DNA of 63,250 nt, counting the filler. It is 6 parts of 6 records of this genome, joined end to end, with 100 filler letters (N's around TTAATTAATTAA, not from the genome) between each part and the next. Parts side by side here need not be neighbours in the genome. Positions count along the whole stretch, not along the records: positions 37,052 to 49,796 come from SRR31156797_4136; 5 more parts are not named here. One strand, written 5' to 3'. The translations under genes were made by a program, and so were the position numbers. Below the pieces are notes generated by a model that did no database searches, was not told where the DNA came from, and was given only the letters and a program-made list of their open reading frames with translations. Below, one piece after another: positions 39,952 through 49,739 of this stretch. Each line of letters opens with the position of its first letter. Position 1 is the stretch's first letter.

Positions 39952-40971
39952 CTATTTACCGAAAGAACACAGCGGGTAGCGGCAGGTATCGCAACCGGCG
40001 CAGAAACCACCGTGGCCCAATTCGGCGATTTCCATGCGGGTGGGGCGTTCGCCAGCCACAATCCGCGGAACAACAAGGTCGAAAATACTGGCCCGGTAGT
40101 ACATGACACAGCCAGGCAGCCCTACAATGGGCACACCGTTCAGATAGCCGAGCATGAACATTACTCCGGGGAAAGTGGGGGAGCCGTAGGTGACGATTTC
40201 GGCACCTGTGGCTCGGATGGATGCCGGGGTCTGGTCGTCAGGGTCGACGCTCATGCCTCCGGTGACCACCACCATCTGCGCTCCGTCATCAATTGCTTTG
40301 AGGATCGCGGTGCTGGTCATATCGGGATCATCGCTGACAAAGGTCTGGCCGATGACTTCCGAATTGAGCTTGGAAAATTTTTTGTGGATAACCGGACCGA
40401 ATTTGTCTTTAATCCGTCCGTGGTAGACTTCGCTTCCGGTGGTGATCAGCCCCACTTTGAGGTTGCGGAAAGGCTTTACACTGACAATAGGACCGCAGTC
40501 GCGACAGATTTCTTCAACCTGTTCGATCTTGCTTTCATCAATTACCAGCGGCACCACACGGGTTCCGGCTACTTCACGGGATTCTGTGATCTGAATGCCG
40601 TTGTGCAGGGTTGCCAGCACAACTTCGTCAATGGAGTTGATGCGGTTCAGGGCTTCCACGTTGATACAGAGCAAGCCCGGAGAAGCAATCATGTTAATAC
40701 GTCCCTCACTGATGTCAGTAAGGGTGATTCCCGGTCCGGCAGCAGCTTTGGCAATGCGTCTTGCAGCATCGTTTTCATGCAGCTGTCCGTCTTCCAGGGT
40801 AAGGATGTAAACATGTTCCTTGCCGATTTCTAAAAGTACCGGAATATCTTCCGGGGTGATGATATGTCCTTTTTTAAAGGCAGGCCCCTTGTATTCGCCG
40901 GGGACGATGCGGGTCATGTCGTGACAGAGGACATTGCCGATGGAGTCCTGAACAGGAACAGTTTTCATCAT
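39952..40971 (-). CDS. MoeA/MogA-like molybdopterin-binding protein
   Basis: LCHDMT, FKKGH, HENDAA, TTGSEV, TGGMSVDPDD, GLPGC; C-terminal C..C..C....C. Confidence 0.85.
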   Translation of the reverse strand: MMKTVPVQDSIGNVLCHDMTRIVPGEYKGPAFKKGHIITPEDIPVLLEIGKEHVYILTLEDGQLHENDAARRIAKAAAGPGITLTDISEGRINMIASPGLLCINVEALNRINSIDEVVLATLHNGIQITESREVAGTRVVPLVIDESKIEQVEEICRDCGPIVSVKPFRNLKVGLITTGSEVYHGRIKDKFGPVIHKKFSKLNSEVIGQTFVSDDPDMTSTAILKAIDDGAQMVVVTGGMSVDPDDQTPASIRATGAEIVTYGSPTFPGVMFMLGYLNGVPIVGLPGCVMYYRASIFDLVVPRIVAGERPTRMEIAELGHGGFCAGCDTCRYPLCSFGK

Positions 40972-41500
40972 GAGTTAAGGCTCCGGGTGGAATAAATTGG
41001 TTAATGGCGGCTCTAATATGATCTGAAGCAGCCAGATCGGTTTTCCGTGTTCGTAAAATCTTTTCCGATATATCAAAAAAGACATAATTTTAGGTGCTGA
41101 ACCAGTTGAGATACTGCGAAAGAAGCTTTATGAGCTTGGGTTTTATATGTCTAACTGGATACAATAAGTCAAGGAACGCCAATGTATTAACGGTTTGGAA
41201 TAGTTCCTTTGCGGACAAAGTCCTGCATCCCTTGGGCTGAAAGGGGTGTGCTTGATGCACCTCAATTGGGTGAAACTTACAGCAAAATTAGGTCCAAAAT
41301 GATATAATTAATAAAAACAGCAGGTTAGCGAAATGGTGATTTTTATGACTGGATCAATATTTTTAAAAATATTTTTACAGAGTTTTGTTTGCTTGCTATA
41401 ATATGCAGTTTAATGTGTGAAAATGCGCATAAAAAGCTGATCATATGAGGAGTGTGTCATTTTGGGACAGTTGTCATAAGGGAATGTGTCAGAAGCTGAC

Positions 41501-41581
41501 TGTGCAGAATGGAAACCTTTTAAAGTGAGGCTGGGAGCGGGTTGTGCGGAGTTGCAACCTGTGTGTGCAGAATGGAAACCT
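41501..41581. repeat. Phased 18-bp direct repeats (TGTGCAGAATGGAAACCT)
   Basis: Exact copies at 41501 and 41564; a 14/18 copy at 41543. Confidence 0.8.
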
Positions 41582-41624
41582 GCCGGAATAATGAGTTGAT
41601 ACCCCGGCAGGTTATTTGGATTTA

Positions 41625-42356
41625 TCAAGAACTTTGGCAGCAGAACCGTTGCCAGCCCATCATTTCCGCTGCTGCGGATACGGTGGTGCCGAAGAAAATT
41701 GTCGGTTTGTCCTCGCGCAGGAAGTTCCCGATGGAATCGTTAACTATGGTTGACCCGGTGACAACCAACAGGTTGACATCATCCAGCACTTCGGAGGTGT
41801 TGTCCGGCCCTTCCACGGTTATTCCGCATTTGGTCGTTCCGATGTTATCCGGGTCGAGGTCAACAATGCGCATCTCAAAGCGGTCGGAAAGGGCTTTGAT
41901 CATGGCTGGCTGGTAGCCGATCAAACCCAGCGTAGGGTTCCCGTACTTTTCTGTAATATAATCCCCTAGTTTGGGGGCGCACAGGGCCGGACCTTCATCC
42001 TTGCAGTGTATCGTCCGTTCAGCTTGTCCTAAGCTACACTGCACGGCATTGAGCGCGGAAACAAAGATGGCCCGTCGGAAATTATTACTCAGATCCATTT
42101 CCGCGATTTCGCGCAGTGTATTGCTGAAGTCACCGTAACGGTCGGTGAAGGCTTGTCCTTTGTAGCCCTGGAACTGCGCTTCCATGAGTTTTTCCTTGCC
42201 TCGCAACAGGGGGAAGTCGTCACCCTCAGGATTGCCGATGGCTTCTTCTGTACTCAAGGTACGTGCTTTTACTTCAATGCTTTCATCAAGTATGCCCGCT
42301 GATTTCCAGATATCGTAGGCCCGAGACTGGACCTCTTTTAAAATTGAATTACTCAC
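41625..42356 (-). CDS. Rossmann-like DUF364-type protein
   Basis: RRAIFVSALNA, LIGY.PAM, VVTGSTIVN, FGTT; directly follows modB. Confidence 0.65.
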   Translation of the reverse strand: MSNSILKEVQSRAYDIWKSAGILDESIEVKARTLSTEEAIGNPEGDDFPLLRGKEKLMEAQFQGYKGQAFTDRYGDFSNTLREIAEMDLSNNFRRAIFVSALNAVQCSLGQAERTIHCKDEGPALCAPKLGDYITEKYGNPTLGLIGYQPAMIKALSDRFEMRIVDLDPDNIGTTKCGITVEGPDNTSEVLDDVNLLVVTGSTIVNDSIGNFLREDKPTIFFGTTVSAAAEMMGWQRFCCQSS

Positions 42357-42368
42357 TGTGGTTCCTTT

Positions 42369-43043
42369 TTATTCCGCGTCAGAAAATCTTTTCAGCGCGC
42401 TGAAGATGGTTATGGAAGCGATGCCGATGATGGATGAGAGGACTGCCGCCCGTTCAAATTCACCGTTAAAAACCGCGTTGTATATTTCGAGGGAAAGGGT
42501 GTTGGTGCGCCCGATGACATTGCCGCCGAGCATAAGGGTCATGCCCACTTCGCCAAGGGATCGGGCCAAGGCCAGCAGGATTCCGGCTATGATAGACCGT
42601 TTGGCACAGGGCAGCAGTACTTTCAGGAAAATTTCTATCTCAGATTTTCCTAAGACCGCCGCAACTTCGCGCAATTTGGATGCTTCTGCTGATTTCAGGG
42701 CCGCCTGCACAGGTTTGACCAAGAGCGGCAGTCCGGCAATGAAGGCCGCAACCACCAGACCGGGAAAGCCGAAGATAATGCTGTCCCCAAAAATATCTGC
42801 CGCAGGACCGCGTCTGCCGAGTAGGAAGAGGAGTACAAATCCTGTTGCCACCGGGGGAAATACCAGTGGCAGGGTTACGGCAGTGTCCACGAAATTGTGC
42901 AGCATTCCTTTGCTCCGGGAAAGCCAGAAGGCCAGAGGCACTCCCACAATTAGCTGCAACACGCCCGCTACCCCCATAACCTTGGCGGAAAGGGCCAGCG
43001 GGCTGAGTGTTGCGCTGTCGGAGAGAATAGCCGCAATGTCCAT
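42369..43043 (-). CDS. modB: Molybdate-type ABC permease (second copy)
   Basis: TLPLVFPPVATG, ARSLGEVGMTLMLGGN. Confidence 0.85.
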   Translation of the reverse strand: MDIAAILSDSATLSPLALSAKVMGVAGVLQLIVGVPLAFWLSRSKGMLHNFVDTAVTLPLVFPPVATGFVLLFLLGRRGPAADIFGDSIIFGFPGLVVAAFIAGLPLLVKPVQAALKSAEASKLREVAAVLGKSEIEIFLKVLLPCAKRSIIAGILLALARSLGEVGMTLMLGGNVIGRTNTLSLEIYNAVFNGEFERAAVLSSIIGIASITIFSALKRFSDAE

Positions 43044-43047
43044 GTTC

Positions 43048-43773
43048 TTAGCCCTGCATACCGTGGGCAGCGACTATTTTGCGTGCTGCGCCTGATTTGA
43101 GGAATTTCAGAAACTGCTTGCATTCTGCTGCATGGGCGGAGCTATTCAGCTGTTCCACAATAATGGAGATAGGCGAATAGGCTGACTCATCCACGATTAC
43201 AAATCCGCCTATGGAATCCTTGATTTTGCGGGCATGGGTCAGGTTGATGAATGCATAATCCACTTCTCCGGCAACCACATATGATGCCGATTGCGGAACT
43301 GTGGCAACCATAAGCAGTTTGGGTTCGAGGCTGGCGAACAGCCCTTTATTGCGCAGGTATTGCAGGGCTGCTTTGCCGTAAATAGCCCTCTTGGTGTCAG
43401 GTAGTGCGATGCGTGAAATGCTTGCGGAAAGAAGGTCTTCTGCGCCGCTAAAGCTCTTACCCTTGGGATAGGAGATGACCAGACGTCCCCGGCCTACTTT
43501 ACGGCTCGCACAGCAGTCCAGATCAGCCTTGTCCAGAAATGACTTGTCACCGAGGACCAGATCGACAGAACCACTGTTTCTGGCCTGTGCTGTAACCCGG
43601 GCCATATTTCCGTATACACGTTCGACTTCGTTTCCGGTTTCGGCTGTGTAGGTTTCAGTCAGTCTGTCCACCAGTGAACGGTATCCGGCCCCGGAAGCGA
43701 TGACGATTTTGGCTTGAGCCGAAGCGGGGAGACAGAGAATGATGAGAAGCAGCAGGGTAGAGAGTTTTTTCAT
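43048..43773 (-). CDS. modA: Molybdate-type periplasmic binding protein (second, divergent copy)
   Basis: Signal peptide; ASGAGY, YGNM, AIYGKAA, TVPQ. Confidence 0.78.
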   Translation of the reverse strand: MKKLSTLLLLIILCLPASAQAKIVIASGAGYRSLVDRLTETYTAETGNEVERVYGNMARVTAQARNSGSVDLVLGDKSFLDKADLDCCASRKVGRGRLVISYPKGKSFSGAEDLLSASISRIALPDTKRAIYGKAALQYLRNKGLFASLEPKLLMVATVPQSASYVVAGEVDYAFINLTHARKIKDSIGGFVIVDESAYSPISIIVEQLNSSAHAAECKQFLKFLKSGAARKIVAAHGMQG

Positions 43774-44477
43774 TACATGTTTCCTACAAGTTCAAGATGG
43801 GGGTGAGGTTTAGGTTCGGGGCAAAATCTACTGCGTTGACGCTCCAGCCACTTTGGTGATTCATGCCCGTTTTCAAGCACGAAGATGGAATCAGCCAGAT
43901 AGTAAGCTTCCTCCAAATCATGGGTCACGTGGATTATGGGAATATTCAGTTCACTTTTCAGTTCCCGGAGTTCCTTGCGCAATCCTTCGCGGGTGGCGAT
44001 ATCCAGCGCGGAGAAAGGTTCATCCAGCAACAGCAATACTGGCTTACGGGCAAGAGCCTGACAAAAGGCCGCCCTCTGGCGTTCCCCGCCGGAGATATTG
44101 GCTGGTTTGCTTTCTGCAATGTGGGATATGCCGAATTTCTCCAGCAGGGCTGGAACGCATGTTTTGTCCTTTGCGGCAAAGGCTATGTTTTTGCGCACGT
44201 TCAAATGCGGGAAAAGGGTGTATTCCTGAAAAACAAGGCCCAGCCCTCGTTGCTGGGGTTTGGCGAAGCTTTGTTTTGCCGTATCCACCCAGACGTTGCC
44301 GGCAAGGGATATGGTCCCGGCGTCCGGTTTTTCCAGTCCGGCAATGATGCGTACCAAGGTACTTTTCCCGGCACCGGAAGGACCTACGATGGCTGTCAGG
44401 GTGCCGGGGTTACAGTCTAAAGCTACGTCCAGTGCAAAATTGGGCAGTTGTTTACGGATATTTATTTTAAGCGTCAT
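43773..44477 (-). CDS. modC: Molybdate ABC ATPase (short, no TOBE domain)
   Basis: GPSGAGKST, FQEYTLFPHL, ISGGERQR, LLDEPFSALD, VTHD. Confidence 0.9.
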   Translation of the reverse strand: MTLKINIRKQLPNFALDVALDCNPGTLTAIVGPSGAGKSTLVRIIAGLEKPDAGTISLAGNVWVDTAKQSFAKPQQRGLGLVFQEYTLFPHLNVRKNIAFAAKDKTCVPALLEKFGISHIAESKPANISGGERQRAAFCQALARKPVLLLLDEPFSALDIATREGLRKELRELKSELNIPIIHVTHDLEEAYYLADSIFVLENGHESPKWLERQRSRFCPEPKPHPHLELVGNM

Positions 44478-45139
44478 GATCTGCTCCGGCTGATTCTATT
44501 GAGTCGGTTGATGGCTAAGAGGGCCAGGAAACTGACCGGGATGATCGCCAGCGACATGTACATGGCGTCGTCATAACGCATGGCTTCCACTGCTTCATAA
44601 ATGGCGATGGAAGCTACCTTTGTAGAGCCGGGAATAGACCCGCCGACCATGAGGATAACTCCGAATTCCCCAAGGCTGTGGGCAAATACCAGCATAGCCG
44701 AGGCAGCCAGTCCGGGGAGGCTGTTGGGCAGCACCACCCGGAAAAAGGTGGCTGTGGAAGAAAGCCCCAGCACTGCAGCGTTCTCCAGCAACCGGATATC
44801 CAGTTTTTCAAAGGCGGCGCGCATGGGCTGTACAGCGAAAGGCAGATTGTAGACCAGCGAGGCCAGCAATATGCCGGAAAAGCTGAAGACCATGCGTTCT
44901 CCGGTTAAGTCACTCCAGAAACCTCCCAGCGGCCCCTGTGGCCCCATGACTATAAGCAGTCCGAAGCCGAGGACCGTGGGGGGAAGCACCATGGGGAGAG
45001 AAACAACAGCATCAATCAAGCTTTTGCCTTTGAAATCAAAGAAAGCAAGAATGTAAGCGATAGGCGCGGCAACAACCGGGATGAACAGGGTTGTAGCCAC
45101 AGCCAGTTTTGCCGAGATATAAAGCGGGTAGAAATCCAT
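44474..45139 (-). CDS. modB: Molybdate ABC permease
   Basis: LPMVLPPTVLG, FAHSLGEFGVILMVGG. Confidence 0.93.
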   Translation of the reverse strand: MDFYPLYISAKLAVATTLFIPVVAAPIAYILAFFDFKGKSLIDAVVSLPMVLPPTVLGFGLLIVMGPQGPLGGFWSDLTGERMVFSFSGILLASLVYNLPFAVQPMRAAFEKLDIRLLENAAVLGLSSTATFFRVVLPNSLPGLAASAMLVFAHSLGEFGVILMVGGSIPGSTKVASIAIYEAVEAMRYDDAMYMSLAIIPVSFLALLAINRLNRISRSRS

Positions 45140-45885
45140 TAGTCATAACCGTATTTTTTCTTGATGGAAGTAGCTTCAGGACCGGACAGGAATTCTACGA
45201 ATTTTCGGGCCGCGTCTTTGTGTACAGATGATTTGAGGATACAGGCTGCCTGAATTACCGGAGGGGCTTCTTTCACGACCACAAAGCCACCTTTTTTACC
45301 AGTGGGGGTAAACATGGATGAGTAAGCGCAGAATCCGGCGTCAGCAGCTCCGGTAGAAGCAAATTGGAAGGCTTGGGCAATGGTCTGGGCATAAACAAGT
45401 TCCGGTTTAACCTGGTCCCATAGCTTGGCTTGCTGCAAGGCTTGCATGGCGGCAGTGCCATAAGGAGCGGTTTCAGTGTTGGCAATGGCAATTTTTTTGA
45501 ATTTGCCGTCCATTATTGTTTTCTGCCAGCTCTTTTCGATTGTATTTTTGTATTTGGACCAAAGAACCACCTTTCCCTTAGCATAAACAAAAGGAGTTTC
45601 AGCCATCCCGTCATGGTAGAGTTTCTGGGGGCGGCGTTCATCAGCAGCCAGAAAAACATCAAAAGGGGCACCGTTAACTATTTGGGCGTAGAGTTTACCG
45701 GTGGAGGTATAGGTGGCTTGGACTTCAATGCCGCTGGCCTTTTTAAAAGCGGGGATGATTTCTTTCATGGCTGGCATGAAGTTGGCCGCCTGAGCGATCA
45801 TAAGGTCGGCAGCGTTGGCCGTAAGGGGTAGGGCAAGTAATAGTATCAGAAGCGGGGTGAGGATGAGGACACTGAATCGTTTCAT
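45139..45885 (-). CDS. modA: Molybdate periplasmic binding protein
   Basis: AQAANF, STGKLYAQI.NGAPFDVFLAAD, APYG.AA. Confidence 0.93.
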   Translation of the reverse strand: MKRFSVLILTPLLILLLALPLTANAADLMIAQAANFMPAMKEIIPAFKKASGIEVQATYTSTGKLYAQIVNGAPFDVFLAADERRPQKLYHDGMAETPFVYAKGKVVLWSKYKNTIEKSWQKTIMDGKFKKIAIANTETAPYGTAAMQALQQAKLWDQVKPELVYAQTIAQAFQFASTGAADAGFCAYSSMFTPTGKKGGFVVVKEAPPVIQAACILKSSVHKDAARKFVEFLSGPEATSIKKKYGYD

Positions 45886-45976
45886 TATCTGTTCTCCATT
45901 TTGAAATTGAGGTCGTCCTGAATTGGCTTTATCAGTGTCTTATGCTTATGCAGGGGGCGGTCTAAATTACAAACCG

Positions 45977-46002
45977 GTCACGTATTTTTATAAAAACGTG
46001 AC
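45977..46002. promoter_or_regulatory. 26-bp palindrome GTCACGTATTTTTATAAAAACGTGAC, probable TunR operator
   Basis: 11 of 13 positions pair; lies between the divergent modA and regulator genes. Confidence 0.7.
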
Positions 46003-46021
46003 TACCCGAAAGGTTATTCAA

Positions 46022-47101
46022 GTGCAGAACAAAGGAATCGGAAATCAGAAATCTCAGGCCGGAGAAAGCAGGCTTGCTCCGGCGAAAGTCTTTGATGTTC
46101 CTGAAAATATACTCCATCTAGATGGCCGTGAACTTTCAGCTCTGGAAGATGAATTCCGTAGTTGGAAAAAAGGGGTTACTCGTGCGGATTACGTCCGGTC
46201 CCGCACAAGGGTTTATTGCCTTTTTCTGGTACTGCGGCATACCGGAGCTAAACTTGGCGAAATACTCGGGCTTGATGAGCGCAGGAATATCGACCTTTCC
46301 AGAACTGTTGTCATGCTCGGTCGGGAAGGGCAGGAGCGGGAAGTCCCCTTGCCGCAATCGGTATGCCGTGAACTTAAGGGCTTGATTGACGGCCCCATGG
46401 GGATCGGGCTTGAGGGGGAACTTTTTCATCTGGACCCCGGATATGTACGCCGGACTTTTTACGAGCGGGCCGAGTCCTGCGGACTGGAGCGTAAAAAAGG
46501 TGCGCCTTCGGTGCTCCGCCGTTCAAGGGCTGTGGAGCTTCTGCGTAACGGGGTGCCGTTGGGCGTAGTTCGTAAGGTACTCGGTCAATCTTCAACTGAC
46601 CTTGCTGCGGTCTATCAGGAATGGTCTTCAGGTGATGTAAAGAATATTGTCCGTCGCATGGCCCTTGAGGAAAATGCGCTCAAGTCCAGTGCCCGCAATA
46701 CGTTCATCGGGCAGGTCGGTTCCGTGCGCCGTGACGGTGTGCTGGCCGATGTGGAATTTGAAACATCCGAAGGGTTTGCCATCAGTTCGGTCATTACTCT
46801 TGAAAGCCTTTACAAGCTTGATTTGGAAGTAGGTATTTCTGTCTCTGCTACAGTTAAAGCACCGCTGGTGGCGGTTCGACCTTTAAAAGGGACAGGCACA
46901 AGCTCCCGTAATTGTGTTCCTGCGAAAGTAACATCAATCAAGCAGACGGAAATTCTGGCTGAAGTTTCCGGTGAATCTCTCGGGGGAACCCAGATGTGCG
47001 CGCTGGTGACCTCGTGGTCCATTGAAGAGGAAGGACTGTTTGAGGGAGCTGACGTGGAGTTTTGTTTTAAAGCTTTATCAGTGGTTCTGCATGCGGTGTG
47101 A
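46022..47101 (+). CDS. tunR: TunR-type Mo/W-responsive regulator: tyrosine-recombinase-like domain + tandem TOBE domains
   Basis: LRHTGAKLGE, REVPL and LRRSRAVELL..LGQ (Xer fold without the full catalytic set), then SSARNTF..VKAP and SSRNC..FKA TOBE repeats. GTG 46022 is preferred over 45923 because the longer ORF overlaps the operator. Confidence 0.82.
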   Translation: MQNKGIGNQKSQAGESRLAPAKVFDVPENILHLDGRELSALEDEFRSWKKGVTRADYVRSRTRVYCLFLVLRHTGAKLGEILGLDERRNIDLSRTVVMLGREGQEREVPLPQSVCRELKGLIDGPMGIGLEGELFHLDPGYVRRTFYERAESCGLERKKGAPSVLRRSRAVELLRNGVPLGVVRKVLGQSSTDLAAVYQEWSSGDVKNIVRRMALEENALKSSARNTFIGQVGSVRRDGVLADVEFETSEGFAISSVITLESLYKLDLEVGISVSATVKAPLVAVRPLKGTGTSSRNCVPAKVTSIKQTEILAEVSGESLGGTQMCALVTSWSIEEEGLFEGADVEFCFKALSVVLHAV

Positions 47102-47143
47102 GGTTGGGCAGGCATGGTTTACCCGCCCAACCGTGATTTTAAA

Positions 47144-47653
47144 TTAGAAGGGCTTACCGTTGTTCACCATAAACTTACCGCCTGCACGGGCAGTAGATGA
47201 ATCGGCTCTGATCATATGACCACCGGCAATAAGGGCGTTCTGGAGCATTGGGTCATCGGAGGTCCACTGAATTACAGCATAACCCACAATGCATTTCTGA
47301 GCACCGGCGGTGGTTGCGAAGAAGAAGCGTGAAGAGTGCGCGGGCAATTCAAATTCACCTGTGTTAGTAGCTATGGTCGTCCAGTTAGTGGTGCCGCCCG
47401 CGCAAACCCTACCGTAGTTGCTAATGTCATTGCCCTGATCATCATAAAGCGTGATCTTGCAGCGTACGGGGACTCCAGTTATGTTTGTAACTGTTAAGTG
47501 TGGAGTTTCAGCATTGTTTGCTCCGACGTAATACCATGTAAAGTCAGGGACAAGAGCCTTTCCCTGTGCATTAAAACAATCCTGTGCAGCAGCGCTTCCG
47601 CAAAAAATTAAAATTAAGGCCATTGCTACGAATGCTTTTGTCATTGTTTTCAT
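47144..47653 (-). CDS. Exported hypothetical protein
   Basis: Signal peptide ending AAA-Q; beta-rich; no family recognised. Confidence 0.65.
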   Translation of the reverse strand: MKTMTKAFVAMALILIFCGSAAAQDCFNAQGKALVPDFTWYYVGANNAETPHLTVTNITGVPVRCKITLYDDQGNDISNYGRVCAGGTTNWTTIATNTGEFELPAHSSRFFFATTAGAQKCIVGYAVIQWTSDDPMLQNALIAGGHMIRADSSTARAGGKFMVNNGKPF

Positions 47654-47859
47654 TAAATAGCTCCTAGATTATAAATAATGTATGATACGGGCTGTAATTT
47701 AAAGTTTATAATTTTGTCAATCCCTTAGGTATACAAGGGCTGCATGCAGTCTGATTTTTATTAAAACCCAGCTTATGTTATAATGTCATACTAGGTTCTT
47801 TTTGACATATACTGATCCGTCGTGGTGATGGATGATGGCTTTTTGTCTGTGAGCAACGG

Positions 47860-49017
47860 GTGGTACGTGTGCGTTATTTTTTAGTTTTATTTCTTCTTGC
47901 TACGCTTTGCGTTTCTATTTTTACCTTTCCAACGACAGCCTTTTGCGAGAGGGCCGATGAATTGACTGAAGGGATGGAGGTTGTTTTCCTCAATCCCGGC
48001 AAGTCCGATCCGAGTGATCCTACTGGCGGATTCTGGCGGGAGGTCAGTTCTTTTATGCAGGCCGCAGCAGATGATCTGGGTATCGATCTGGAAATTGTTT
48101 ACGCCGAGCGTAATCATGTCTTAATGGTTAAAGAGGCAGAGAAAGTACTTAGTCGCGAACATCTTCCCGATTATCTGATCGTGGTCAACGAGAAACTGGC
48201 AGCAGGGAAGATCATTGCCCAAGCTGATGCAAAAGGAGTTAAGGTTTTCAACCTCTTGCTGGACTTCTATGGCGATCAGGCCAAGGTATTGGGGACTCCC
48301 AGAAAAAAGTATAAAAACTGGATCGGCGGTCTGGTTCCTGATAACCGTTGGGCCGGATATAATTTGGCAAAGAAGTTGATAGAAAAGGCGGCAGAGCAAG
48401 GGATTGCAGAAAAAGACGTCAAGCTTCTGCCTATTGCCGGAGATTATGTCACGCAGGCAACTTTGCTCAGGAATGAAGGCTTAGGCTATGCCCGTGCTGA
48501 TTTTTTTGACGCTAAAATTCTTCCTGAGATTCATTGTTTATGGCGTAAGGATAAGGCCTTTGATCTGGTAACCAAATTTTTAATACGTGATCCAAGTGTC
48601 AATGTTATCTGGACCGCTAATGATCCCATGGCCCTTGGTGCTATTGAGGGGATAAAAAAGAATGGCCTGATTCCGGGTAAGGATGTTCTGGTGGGCGGAA
48701 TAAACTGGGATAAGCCTGCGCTTGAGGCTATAAGGGATGGCTCTCTAGCTCTATCTGTAGGCGGCCATTTTATGACCGGCGGCTGGGGGCTGGTCATGCT
48801 TTACGATTACCATCACGGTTATGATTTCATTGGAAAAGCCGGACCGCTGATCAGAAAGAGGATTTTCTGTGTCGTTGATGATCGCAATGTGGAGCGTTTT
48901 CTAAATAGATTCGGTTCCCGTGACTGGTCAAAGGTTGATTTTAGAAAATTCTCAAAAGCATACAATAATAAAGATTTCGATTATGATTTTTCTGTAAAAG
49001 CCTTGTTGAGAAACTAG
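47860..49017 (+). CDS. Periplasmic solute-binding protein (type I, sugar-binding-like), orphan
   Basis: Signal peptide; FLNPG, FW..V..FMQAAA, IWTANDPMALGA, SVGGHF. Confidence 0.8.
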   Translation: MVRVRYFLVLFLLATLCVSIFTFPTTAFCERADELTEGMEVVFLNPGKSDPSDPTGGFWREVSSFMQAAADDLGIDLEIVYAERNHVLMVKEAEKVLSREHLPDYLIVVNEKLAAGKIIAQADAKGVKVFNLLLDFYGDQAKVLGTPRKKYKNWIGGLVPDNRWAGYNLAKKLIEKAAEQGIAEKDVKLLPIAGDYVTQATLLRNEGLGYARADFFDAKILPEIHCLWRKDKAFDLVTKFLIRDPSVNVIWTANDPMALGAIEGIKKNGLIPGKDVLVGGINWDKPALEAIRDGSLALSVGGHFMTGGWGLVMLYDYHHGYDFIGKAGPLIRKRIFCVVDDRNVERFLNRFGSRDWSKVDFRKFSKAYNNKDFDYDFSVKALLRN

Positions 49018-49108
49018 TCTGTTATTATTTATTTCGGATGTTTGTTGTCTGAAATTTTCGGTTGTGCTATCGGTTAATCAACTAAAATTAAATCAATGGA
49101 GTTGAACC

Positions 49109-49624
49109 ATGAATGAAAGAACTGGAATAATCACTTTTCAGGGCAATCCCCTGACTCTTCTTGGCAATGAAATTAAAGTGGGCGACAAAGCACCCGAGTT
49201 CAACGTGACAGACAATGGGCTAGCTCCCAAAGCTCTGGCTGATTTTGCAGGCAATGTGCTGATCATCAGTGCTGTGCCCTCCCTTGACACCCCGGTCTGC
49301 GACATGGAGACCCGCAGGTTCAACAACGAGGCCGCATCCCTCGGTGATGATATCAAAATTCTGACCCTGTCCATGGATCTCCCTTTTGCTCAGGCCCGCT
49401 GGTGCGGTGCTGCTGGAGTTGAAGCTGTACAGACTCTTTCCGACTACAAAGAGTCCTCTTTCGGTGACGCTTACGGTGTGCTGATCAAAGAACTTCGCCT
49501 CTTGAGCCGTGCTGTTTTTGTGGTCGATAAGTCCGGCGCTGTGCAATACGTGCAGTACGTGAATGAAATCACTGAGGAACCGGACTACGATGCCGCTCTC
49601 GCTGCTGCTAAGAAGCTGGTTTAG
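49109..49624 (+). CDS. tpx: Thiol peroxidase
   Basis: VPSLDTPVC, SMDLPFAQARWC, EPDY. Confidence 0.96.
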   Translation: MNERTGIITFQGNPLTLLGNEIKVGDKAPEFNVTDNGLAPKALADFAGNVLIISAVPSLDTPVCDMETRRFNNEAASLGDDIKILTLSMDLPFAQARWCGAAGVEAVQTLSDYKESSFGDAYGVLIKELRLLSRAVFVVDKSGAVQYVQYVNEITEEPDYDAALAAAKKLV

Positions 49625-49643
49625 AACGTAAAAAAAGAATCCC

Positions 49644-49682
49644 AAAAGCCTCTTTCCGTAATATCGGGGGAGGCTTTTTCTC
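49644..49682 (+). terminator. Probable intrinsic terminator after tpx
   Basis: AAAAGCCTCT/GGAGGCTTTT hairpin. Confidence 0.6.
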
Positions 49683-49739
49683 TTAGCTTTAGACTTGACC
49701 ACAAAATATGTACTGATATAAAGACTACTTCAACCAAAA

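Noticed and set aside
41501-41581. Possible mini-CRISPR array
   Set aside because: Repeats are only 18 bp, spacing is irregular (21/42 bp) and there are no cas genes; kept as a putative binding-site array.
46022-47101. Phage integrase or mobile element
   Set aside because: Catalytic residues are incomplete, it is fused to TOBE domains and no att or mobile context is present; fits a regulator.
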